64,000 nucleotides of DNA from the NCBI GenBank assembly GCA_963700285.1, contig CAVOXA010000009.1, forward strand, positions 224,001 to 288,000, given 5' to 3'. The notes beneath the pieces were generated by a model. The model saw only the letters and a program-made list of their open reading frames with translations, was not told the origin of the DNA and ran no database searches. Origin of the DNA: an uncultured Chloroflexia bacterium. GTDB lineage: Bacteria > Chloroflexota > Anaerolineae > JAAYZQ01. A program made the translations under genes and the position numbers. Position 1 is the first letter of the stretch. The number at the start of each line of letters is the position of its first letter. Positions 9,245-17,695 of this stretch are shown piece by piece.

Positions 9245-10616
9245 CCTTGATACCGCACTGGACCAATGTCTGGTCAATCTGCGCGGTGGGATGGACATCG
9301 AGAGTTGTCTGGCACAGTACCCAGAGGATGCCCACAAGCTGCGGCCCTTGCTGCAGTTGGTGACGCAGGTAGGCGGGGTGATCATCCCGGCTTCGTCCTC
9401 TGCAGCACGCGCCGCGGGGCAGGAGCAGATGCTGACCGCGCTGGCCAGGAGGCGCGAGCGGGAAGGCGCGACCGATCGGTTCGTCCGTGCCATCAAACGG
9501 ATGGCAATTGGGCTTGTCCCAGGAAGACTCTGGGGCCCGGCGCCAGGTTGGAGCCTGACAGCCGCCGCACTGCTGGTCATCGTGCTGGTTGTGGCTGGCG
9601 GAGTGACTGTCAGGGCCTCAGCAGAAAGTCTGCCGGGTGGAACTCTTTACCCACTGAAACTGGCCAGCCAAAGGTTACAAGTGGCGCTCACCTTCGATGA
9701 GGCGAGGCAGCAAGGACTGGAGGTACAGTTTGAAGCCCAAAGACGACTGGATGTGCAGGCGGTGCTCAAGGGTGGCCAGCAGGCGTCCGTCGAATTCCAG
9801 GGAGTGCTCCAGCGCATGGAGGGAGACATCTGGGTGGTGGGCGGCCTATCAGTCACTTTGCAGGACTCGACCGAGATCTTGGGGCAGCCTCAGCGGGGGG
9901 CCCTGGTCCGGGTGCGGGGCAGCCTGCCCGGCAACGGTAGCCTGCTGGCCACCTGGTTGCACGTGGAGCCAGGCATAACTCAGGAGCCCAGCCAGACACC
10001 ATCGGCAACGGCAACAGAAACGGTGGTTCCGTCTGAGACACCAGAGCCAACCGACACGCCGCAACCGAGCGACACACCACAACCAACAGAAACTGCTGAG
10101 CCAATCGAGACGCCTGAGCCAAGGAGCTCCCCAGAGCCAAAGGAGACGGAAGGGCCGGACGAGACTCCCGAAGCAGGCGAAACCAGTGAGTCCGAGGCGA
10201 CGTCAGAACCGGTCGAGACACCAGAAGCTAAGGGCACACCGGAGCCCGGGGACGAAGCGGAACCCACCGAAGCACCAGAGCCCGAGGATACTCTAGAACC
10301 CGGAGGCGAACCGGACCCGACCGACGCGCCAGAGCCCGAGGATACTCCGGAGCCCGAACACAAACCGAAGCCAACCGATGCGCCAGAGCCCGAGCATACT
10401 CCGGAGTCCGAACACAAACCGAAACCAACCGATGTGCCAGAGCCCGAGCATACTCCGGAGCCCGAACACAAACCGAAAGCAACCGATGCGCCAGAGCCCG
10501 AGCATACTCCAGAGCATGAGGACGAAGCGGAACCGACCCACGCACCAGAGTCGGACGAGGCGCCAGAGGCTGGCAAAGCAGGTCAGGGTGAGCTAGCCAT
10601 ACCGCCTGACGATTAG
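9234..10616 (+). CDS. Putative anti-sigma factor (DUF5667/DUF5666-like) with Pro/Glu/Thr-rich repeat tail
   Basis: Overlaps the sigma stop; LDQCL...IESCLAQYPE.A..LRPLL N-domain, one TM, SLPG..LYPLK motif, beta-rich domain, repetitive tail. Confidence 0.8.
   Translation: MKHDLDTALDQCLVNLRGGMDIESCLAQYPEDAHKLRPLLQLVTQVGGVIIPASSSAARAAGQEQMLTALARRREREGATDRFVRAIKRMAIGLVPGRLWGPAPGWSLTAAALLVIVLVVAGGVTVRASAESLPGGTLYPLKLASQRLQVALTFDEARQQGLEVQFEAQRRLDVQAVLKGGQQASVEFQGVLQRMEGDIWVVGGLSVTLQDSTEILGQPQRGALVRVRGSLPGNGSLLATWLHVEPGITQEPSQTPSATATETVVPSETPEPTDTPQPSDTPQPTETAEPIETPEPRSSPEPKETEGPDETPEAGETSESEATSEPVETPEAKGTPEPGDEAEPTEAPEPEDTLEPGGEPDPTDAPEPEDTPEPEHKPKPTDAPEPEHTPESEHKPKPTDVPEPEHTPEPEHKPKATDAPEPEHTPEHEDEAEPTHAPESDEAPEAGKAGQGELAIPPDD
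10260..10550 (+). repeat. 54-bp (18-aa) intragenic tandem repeat PTDAPEPEHTPEPEHKPK, about 5 copies
   Basis: Unit ccgaccgacgcgccagagcccgaggatactccggagcccgaacacaaaccgaag and variants, read directly. Confidence 0.85.
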
Positions 10617-10719
10617 GCAGCCTGACCGGATCCTCAGGGTTCAAACCCGGAAGTCTTGCGCCTGGATAGCAGAACCTGACAGGCGACAGTAGCACAAACT
10701 GCAAGTGGAGAGGTGACCA

Positions 10720-11694
10720 ATGGATCTTCGCGCGACCAGCTTTGAGGGGCGTCTTGCCCATAACCACGTCAGCCGCAGGCAGTTTCTCAAGTTCTGCGGA
10801 CTGATGACGGCCACGCTGGCCCTGCCGGCCCACTATACCGGCCGCGTTGCCAAGGCCCTGATGACAGCACCACGCCCGCCCGTGGTCTGGCTCGAGTTCC
10901 AGGACTGCACCGGCGACACCGAATCGTTCCTGCGGGCCAGCCAGCCGGGGGTGGACGAGCTGCTGCTGGACATTCTTTCCCTGGACTATCACGAGACACT
11001 CATGGCACCGGCCGGTGCCATGAGCGAGAAATCGCTGCAGGACACGATGAGCCAACTTTCCAGGCCAGTACCTCTGCGTCGTGGAGGGTTCGATCCCCAC
11101 CGCCGCCGGCGGCATCCACTGCATGATCCGCGGCCGGACGGCGCTCAGCATCGCCCAGGAGGTATGCAACAACGCCCTGGCAACCCTCGCCGTGGGCACC
11201 TGTGCCTGGGATGGCGGCCTGGCCGCCGCCGCCGCCCAACCCCACCGGGGCGGTTGGCGTCAGGGATGCCGTGCCCGGGCTGCAGCCCGCTCATCAACCT
11301 GCCCGGCTGCCCGGCCAATGTCGTCAACATCACGGCGACGATCATCCACTTATCTGACCTTCAACGAGTGGCCGCAGACCGACAGTTCGGGGCGGCCCCA
11401 CTTTGCCTATGGCGAGGAGATCCACGACGAGTGCGAACGGCACGACCACTATGAGCACGAACGGTTCGTGCTCGGCCTGGGGCGACCAGGGACACCAGCA
11501 AGGCTGGTGTCTGTTCAAGATGGGCTGCAAAGGACCGGAAACCCACCACAATTGCCCCTCAGTCAAATGGAATGACGGTACCTGCTGGCCCATCGAGGCC
11601 GGGCACGGCTGTCGTGGGCTGCGCCGAAGCGGGCTTCTGGGATCGGATGACACCCTTCTACGTGCCGCTGAACGACGATGAGCATGATGACTAG
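10720..11694 (+). CDS. Group 1 [NiFe]-hydrogenase small subunit, Tat-exported; several frameshifts
   Basis: SRRQFLKFC Tat signal, [79 protein letters not shown]; ends ...[12 protein letters not shown] with no C-terminal TM anchor. Confidence 0.9.
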
Positions 11695-11798
11695 CGTCAA
11701 GCGGCTGGAACTGAACGCTACCTCGTGGCAGGGTGGACAGGATCCAAACCAGGGAAGCTTCCCCCACGAGAACCAAACATACGGAAGGAGAAACCGGT

Positions 11799-13608
11799 AT
11801 GTCCGATCCAACGCCCAATGGGGCGAATAAGCTTCATCTGCCGCTCATACAGGGCCATGATACCTCGGGGAGAGGCGTGCCGCCGGCCTCACAGAGGATT
11901 GCCATCGATCCCATCACGCGGATCGAGGGACACCTGCGCCTCGAGGTCCAGATCGAGAACGGCCAGGTCACCGACGCCTGGAGCGCGGGCATGATGTTCC
12001 GGGGCATCGAGCTGCTGCTGCCGGGGCGGGATCCCCGGGATGCCTGGGTCTTTGCCCAGCGCATCTGCGGCGTCTGAACGACGGTTCACGCCATCTGCTC
12101 CGTGCGAGCAGTTGAAAACGCCCTGGGCATCACCATTCCCGACAATGCCCGCATCCTGCGCAACCTGCTTGAAGGCGCCCAGTTCGTCCAGGACCACGTG
12201 ATTCACTTTTACCATCTCCACGCCCTGGACTGGGTGGACATCGTCAGCGCCCTGTCCGCCGATCCGGCGGCCACCAGCCACCTGGCCCGGTCCATCTCGG
12301 ACTGGCCCAACTCCAGCCCGGCCTACTTTCAGGGGGTGCGGGATCGCCTGCAGACCTTTGTGGACAGCGGCCAACTGGGCCTTTTCGCCAACGCCTACTG
12401 GGGCCATCCCGCGCTACAAGCTGCCGCCCGAGGCCAATCTCCTGGCCGTGGCCCACTACCTGGAGGCGCTGGACTGGCAGCGCGAGATCATCAAGATGCA
12501 TGCCATTCTGGGCGGCAAGAACCCCCATCCGCAGACCTACCTGGTGGGCGGCATGGCCATTCCGGTCGACCCGAACAGCCAGCATGGCATCAATCCGGAG
12601 CGGATCGCCCAGCTGAAGCATCTGGCCGCCCAGGCTCTGGAGTTTGTGCAGAAGGTCTATCTCCCCGACCTGCTGCTGATCGCCTCCTACTATACGGAAT
12701 GGGCCGGACCTGGGCGAGGGAGTGGGCAACTATCTGGCCTATGGCGACTTTCCCGCCGACACTAGCGGCAATCCGGCTGCCCTGTGGCTGCCACAGGGCG
12801 TCGTCTGGAACAAGGACCTCGGCAGCACCGCCAGAAGCCCTGGACCACAACCAGATCCGGGAATATGTCACCCACTCCTGGTACAACTATGCGGAGGGAG
12901 ACGGCGCTGGCCAAGCATCCGTGGGATGGAGAGACGGACTGGAACTATACCGGGCCGCAGCCACCCTTCGACCAACTCGATACGGACGGCAAGTACTCCT
13001 GGCTCAAGGCGCCGCGCTACAACGGCCAGCCCATGGAGGTCGGACCGCTGGCGCGCATGGTGGTGGCCTATGCCGCCGGCCACAGCCGCGTGCGAGAGCT
13101 CGTTCGACTCAGGTGCTCGACCAGCTGGGCGTTGGACCTGAGGCCCTCTTCTCGACGCTGGGCCGGGTAGCGGCGCGGGGCATCGAAACGCTGGTCATCG
13201 CCGAAAAGCTGCAGGGCTGGATCAGCGAACTGGAAACCAACATGAACAGCGGAAACCTGGCCATCCACAACGGGGCGCAAGTGGGATCCCAGCACCTGGC
13301 CGGCCCAGGCCATGGGCTGGGGCATCACCGAAGCGCCGCGCGGTGCGCTGGGCCACTGGGTGCGCATCGAGAACGGGACGATCGCCAACTACCAGTGCGT
13401 CGTGCCCAGCACCTGGAACGGCTCGCCCCGCGACGCCCTCGGCCAGCGCGGCCCCTGGGAGAAGGCGCTCATCGGCACGCCGGTGGCCGATCCGGAAAAG
13501 CCGGTCGAGGTGCTGCGCACCATCCATTCCTTCGATCCCTGCATGGCCTGCGCCGTGCACATCGTCGATCTAGATGGTCGCGAGCTGACAAGGATCCAGA
13601 TCGTATGA
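11799..13608 (+). CDS. Group 1 [NiFe]-hydrogenase large subunit with in-frame TGA (putative Sec) in motif L1; several frameshifts
   Basis: [93 protein letters not shown] plus cleavable C-terminal extension; GAAGGAG RBS. Confidence 0.92.
12075..12114 (+). promoter_or_regulatory. In-frame UGA plus putative bacterial SECIS element
   Basis: TGA at 12075-12077; stem CTGCTC (12095-12100)/GAGCAG (12106-12111) with loop CGUGC, extendable past a U-U mismatch. Confidence 0.65.
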
Positions 13609-13631
13609 AACAAGTACCGGGAGCAAGATAG

Positions 13632-13895
13632 ATGTGCCTGGCCATTCCAGCACAGATCAGGTCTATTGACGGCTTTGAAGCACAAGTGGAGATCGGGGGG
13701 GTGAGCCGCACCATCAGCGTGGGGCTCACCCCTGATGCCTCGGTCGGCGATTACGTGTACGTCCACACCGGCTTTGCCATCAGTGTGGTTGACGAGGCTG
13801 AAGCCCAAGAGAGCCTGCAGTTGCTGCGGGAACTCGCCGATACCTACCCGGTGGAAGAGTTGTTCCTGTCTACCGGCGACCTCGCCCCGCCGTAG
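13632..13895 (+). CDS. hypC: Hydrogenase maturation chaperone HypC/HybG
   Basis: MCLAIPA N-terminus; GDYVYVHTGFAI. Confidence 0.95.
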   Translation: MCLAIPAQIRSIDGFEAQVEIGGVSRTISVGLTPDASVGDYVYVHTGFAISVVDEAEAQESLQLLRELADTYPVEELFLSTGDLAPP

Positions 13896-13919
13896 CTGAC
13901 AAGGACGGCGTTGGACACT

Positions 13920-13948
13920 TTTACACCCAGTGAGAAATGTGGTAAAAT
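13920..13948 (+). promoter_or_regulatory. Sigma70 promoter for the multiheme cytochrome gene
   Basis: TTTACA-N17-TAAAAT with TG extended -10. Confidence 0.5.
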
Positions 13949-14066
13949 AATGGGGCAGCCATCTTGCGGATGCATCCGGCGGAATAAGCTTAGAACAAGC
14001 GCACGCGGTTGATCTTGGGCCTACGACAGGCCCCCTTACAGAACGTTCAAGGAGGAGGTAGCAACT

Positions 14067-15416
14067 ATGGATGTTGTTAGGTCGAAATGGCTGATAATCA
14101 GCGTCTTGTTCCTGGCTGGCCTCTGTGCCAGCATCGTCGCACTCAGCGCCTGGACCGAACCGGCTGCCGCCGCGCCCGAACTGGGTGCGACGGGGCCCGG
14201 TCTTGAAACCGGCTCTCCGGCTGCTGGCAATTATGTCGTTCTAACTTGGAACGATCTGGGCATGCACTGTTACAACCCTGACTTTCAGGACATCGGCGTC
14301 CTGCCTCCCTGGAATACCCTTTGGGCGCAGGTTGTCCGGGTGGGGAACCCGCCCCAGATCGTCAGCAGCGGCATCAAGGTGACGTTTGAGTTTCCCGACA
14401 ACACCTACTCGGTTGGCAAGTCCGACTTCTGGGACCAGAGCCCCTACCGGAGCGGCCAAAACGCTGAACTGCTCTTCAATCTGCCCCAGCCCTTGCCGGC
14501 AAACGTAGGCTTGACCGGTACTGGCTTGGCAGGTGAGATGGAGCTGCGCGGAGATCACTTTGTGGCTGAAGGAATCCCGTTGACAGAGTACCGGGACAGT
14601 GCCCCCTCAACTCCCTACCCCTACCAGTTGGCGACGGTCATCGCCCGTGACGCCAGCACCGGCCAGGAACTGGCCCGTACCGTGACCGTCGCGCCAGTCT
14701 CGACAGAGATGCACTGCGACAACTGTCACTATGACAATGGCCCTGGCAATGAGGATTTCGCCACAGGGGTAGTGGAGCAGAACATCCTGTCCCAGCACGA
14801 TGAAGAGAACATGGACAAGTACCCAACCGGTCACCAGGGAGCATTGATGAACCGGCGGCCCGTTCTCTGCGCCGAATGCCACGCCTCGAACGCGCTGCAA
14901 GCCCCCGGTGCGCCGGGCGTCCCGAACCTGTCGAAGGCCATCCACGACAAGCACGAGGGCAAGGTCCCCGACACGCTGGCGGGCTGCTACAACTGCCATC
15001 CAGGCCCCCAGACCGAGTGCCTGCGCGGCGTCATGTCGGACCAATATGACATGGATTGCATGGACTGCCACGGCGGCATGGATGCCGTCTCCAAGAACCC
15101 CAATCCCTGGCTCAACGAACCGCGCTGCGACAACGCAGCCTGCCACGGCAGCGCCTACCAGCAGGACCAGCCCCTGTACCGGATGTCCAAGGAGCACGGC
15201 GGCGTCTATTGCGAGGGTTGTCACGACAGCACGCATGCCATCGCCCCCAGCGCCGAACCGAATGACGCCATCAAGTTCATCGCCTGGCAGGGGCACGCGG
15301 GCACGCTGGACACCTGCACCGTCTGCCACGCTTCTCAGCCTTCGGGTGGGGGTCCGCACGGCTCCGAGCCGTCACAGCGTTGGTACCTCTACCTGCCGCT
15401 CGTCGTGCGGAACTAG
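14067..15416 (+). CDS. Exported multiheme c-type cytochrome (6 CxxCH + 1 CX4CH)
   Basis: Signal peptide; WNDLGMHC N-domain; CDNCH, CAECH, CYNCH, CMDCH, CDNAACH, CEGCH, CTVCH; C-terminal YLYLPLVVRN. Confidence 0.9.
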   Translation: MDVVRSKWLIISVLFLAGLCASIVALSAWTEPAAAAPELGATGPGLETGSPAAGNYVVLTWNDLGMHCYNPDFQDIGVLPPWNTLWAQVVRVGNPPQIVSSGIKVTFEFPDNTYSVGKSDFWDQSPYRSGQNAELLFNLPQPLPANVGLTGTGLAGEMELRGDHFVAEGIPLTEYRDSAPSTPYPYQLATVIARDASTGQELARTVTVAPVSTEMHCDNCHYDNGPGNEDFATGVVEQNILSQHDEENMDKYPTGHQGALMNRRPVLCAECHASNALQAPGAPGVPNLSKAIHDKHEGKVPDTLAGCYNCHPGPQTECLRGVMSDQYDMDCMDCHGGMDAVSKNPNPWLNEPRCDNAACHGSAYQQDQPLYRMSKEHGGVYCEGCHDSTHAIAPSAEPNDAIKFIAWQGHAGTLDTCTVCHASQPSGGGPHGSEPSQRWYLYLPLVVRN

Positions 15417-15601
15417 GCATGCAAGTCGCTCCAGGTGAAGGGAATGCCTGTCGCGGCGCCGCTATGTCGGGCTAGGTTGGGCCTCGAAGGCCTGGAGGAG
15501 TTCTGCGGGGGTTCGCTGGGATCGTAACAGCAGAACTCGCAATGAAAAGCGGGAAGGAGCCAAGCTCCTTCCCGCTTTGTACCTGATCGACTTGCTTTTC
15601 G

Positions 15602-16603
15602 CTAGCCGCCCCGCCGTCCCCCGCCAGCCCACAGGGGCCGGCCGTTCTCCTCACGGATGAGCACACTCTGGCCGGTGCTGGCGTTGTCGATCTGACCGAT
15701 CTCGAGGTCTTCGCCCTCATAGAAGCCGGTTAGTGTCAGGTTGTCACCAACCTGGACCTGGAAACCCTGTTCCTGGACGAAGCGCCAGGCGCGGCCATCT
15801 ATGACGATCTCTTGCCCATCCACAGCCTGCACGACCAGAGCGTCGCTCGCTACACTGGAAACGCTGCCCTGGACCTCCAGCCAGCCGTCAACCTGGGCCT
15901 GGCCGGTGCCACTTCCATCGCCAGATACCTCTGCCTGGCCCAGCCCACCAGAGCCGCCCTGGCCGCGTCCACCCTGACCACGCCCACCTTGACTCGCAAG
16001 CGCCTGCTGCTCGGCAGCACGCTGGCCGCTACCCGACCAGGCCGGCCGGCCATCGTCGTCACGGAGGCTGATGGTCTGGCCATCAGCCAGCCTCGTCACC
16101 TGGGTCGCCTTCAGTTCATCGTCCTCCCAGTAGCCCGCCACCTGCACCCGGTCGCCGGCCGCAAGCGTGAACCCCTGGGCCTCCATGTAGCCCGGCCCCG
16201 TGCCTACTACAATCTCCTCGCCACCATCCGTCTTGACGACCAGATCTACTCCGGTTGCTGGAGCCTGTACCACGGTCCCTTCGTAGGCAATCTGCTCACC
16301 CGAGGGAGCTTCAAAGTTGGGATACTGCCGCTCGGCAACACCAGCGCCCTGCCCATAGCCACCGCCGCTATACCCCTGGGTATCGACCCCTGCGCTCCGG
16401 CCCCGGCCATAGCCCTGACCGCCTGCCACTGCCTCGCCTGCCAAGTCTCCTACCTCGACCCGGCCCTGACCGTAGCCCCGGCCCTGTGCCTCGGCCACAT
16501 TCTCTGTCTTGTCCAGTGTGCGAATTATACCTCCCGCCACCAGGACCCCAATCAACCCCACCAACAGCGTTCCCAACACGATTTTCTTAATCATCTCGTT
16601 CAT
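15602..16603 (-). CDS. Membrane-anchored Gly-rich protein with two OB-fold-like repeats
   Basis: N-terminal TM, GRGYGQG tracts, repeated 'QGF....GD.....G.WE/YE.....LR.E.GRP.W' units. Confidence 0.75.
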   Translation of the reverse strand: MNEMIKKIVLGTLLVGLIGVLVAGGIIRTLDKTENVAEAQGRGYGQGRVEVGDLAGEAVAGGQGYGRGRSAGVDTQGYSGGGYGQGAGVAERQYPNFEAPSGEQIAYEGTVVQAPATGVDLVVKTDGGEEIVVGTGPGYMEAQGFTLAAGDRVQVAGYWEDDELKATQVTRLADGQTISLRDDDGRPAWSGSGQRAAEQQALASQGGRGQGGRGQGGSGGLGQAEVSGDGSGTGQAQVDGWLEVQGSVSSVASDALVVQAVDGQEIVIDGRAWRFVQEQGFQVQVGDNLTLTGFYEGEDLEIGQIDNASTGQSVLIREENGRPLWAGGGRRGG

Positions 16604-16696
16604 CCTTTCAGTCAGTCTGTTCTCTTTGTTTCGAGTCCCAACGTTTCCAAGTGTACCTTCACGTGATTGTCTTTGAAGTACGAATTTCGTTCCGCC

Positions 16697-17371
16697 CTAT
16701 ACTTGATCACTACTGGCCAGAACAGCCTTGCCTGGCACTTGCGACGGTCCAGTCTGCGGCTGGGGCAGCAGCGAGAGGAAAAACCGGGCGGTCACATTCT
16801 TGACCCAGCGCCAGTGGATGGCAAAGTGAAGCACCGCTGCTACGATCACGACTACTCCGCTCCAGGTGTGGATCAGGTCCCAGGTAGTCCGGCTGAAGAG
16901 AAAGCCTGGATCCCAGTTTGGATTGCGCCCGCCCTCAAAACCACCGGAAGGGCCAAAGACAAAGTAGATGCCCGACAGGGCGCAGAGCAGAAAGCTAATG
17001 GCAATCACGAGGTTGATGGCGACATTCACTTTGGCTCCCTTGGAAAGCTTGGGGCCCTGTGGCCGCATGCCGCTCACCATACGCCCGCTCATCCTCTTGA
17101 CCCACTGCCAGTGGATGGCGAAATGGACGACGATTGCCACGATCATCAGCAGGCCACCCCACAGGTGCAGGTCACTCCAGGTGTGGCGGCCGAACAGGAT
17201 GGTGAGGCCATAGGTCGCATTGCGCCCGCCCTGGTAGCCGCCCGAAGGCAAGAAAAGAAAGTAGACTCCCGTCAGGGCAGCCACGATACCGCCTATTAAT
17301 ACGGCGAGATCGATGAGCCAGTTCTGTCGTGTTTGCATCGACATTCTAATGGGTTTGGGATTCTTCATCAT
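16697..17371 (-). CDS. Tandem DUF4405 (cytochrome b-like) membrane protein
   Basis: Two repeats of TG/SG...W..LH.W.G...HFAIHW.WVK with conserved His residues; GAGGTG RBS. Confidence 0.85.
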   Translation of the reverse strand: MMKNPKPIRMSMQTRQNWLIDLAVLIGGIVAALTGVYFLFLPSGGYQGGRNATYGLTILFGRHTWSDLHLWGGLLMIVAIVVHFAIHWQWVKRMSGRMVSGMRPQGPKLSKGAKVNVAINLVIAISFLLCALSGIYFVFGPSGGFEGGRNPNWDPGFLFSRTTWDLIHTWSGVVVIVAAVLHFAIHWRWVKNVTARFFLSLLPQPQTGPSQVPGKAVLASSDQV

Positions 17372-17425
17372 TTCACCTCGGGTTCTCCCTCAAGTAGTCG
17401 TCTTGTTCCCGCAATTTCTGGCCCC

Positions 17426-17468
17426 ATTATGACCGAGAATCGTGAAGAAGCTGTGAAGGACTTTTGAA
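17426..17468 (-). promoter_or_regulatory. 11-bp-periodic TTCACA-like direct-repeat array plus -10 box
   Basis: + strand CGTGAA 17441, TGTGAA 17452, TTTGAA 17463; minus-strand -10 CATAAT at 17426-17431, 9 nt from the array. Confidence 0.6.
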
Positions 17469-17604
17469 AGTTTCATGTGGACGCTGCTGCAGCAGGCTAA
17501 CCAGCCACACAATGCGCGTGCCTATCCTTGACCGGCCAGACGAATAGGCCTTTACTTGGGACACCCAGGAACGAATCATCCTCTCTATTTCCTCAAGAGA
17601 CGAC

Positions 17605-17633
17605 TGGACAGCGAATGCCCGATGTGCTATAAT
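17605..17633 (+). promoter_or_regulatory. Sigma70 promoter for the ABC/kinase operon
   Basis: TGGACA-N17-TATAAT with TG extended -10. Confidence 0.6.
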
Positions 17634-17695
17634 CGTGAATGCCGGAACAATCTTGGGTGAGCGATTCACCCCAATTCAAGGAAGGAGTTGCCGAG

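Noticed and set aside
10260-10550. 54-bp repeats as a CRISPR array
   Set aside because: The units are contiguous and in-frame within a CDS, with no unique spacers and no cas genes.
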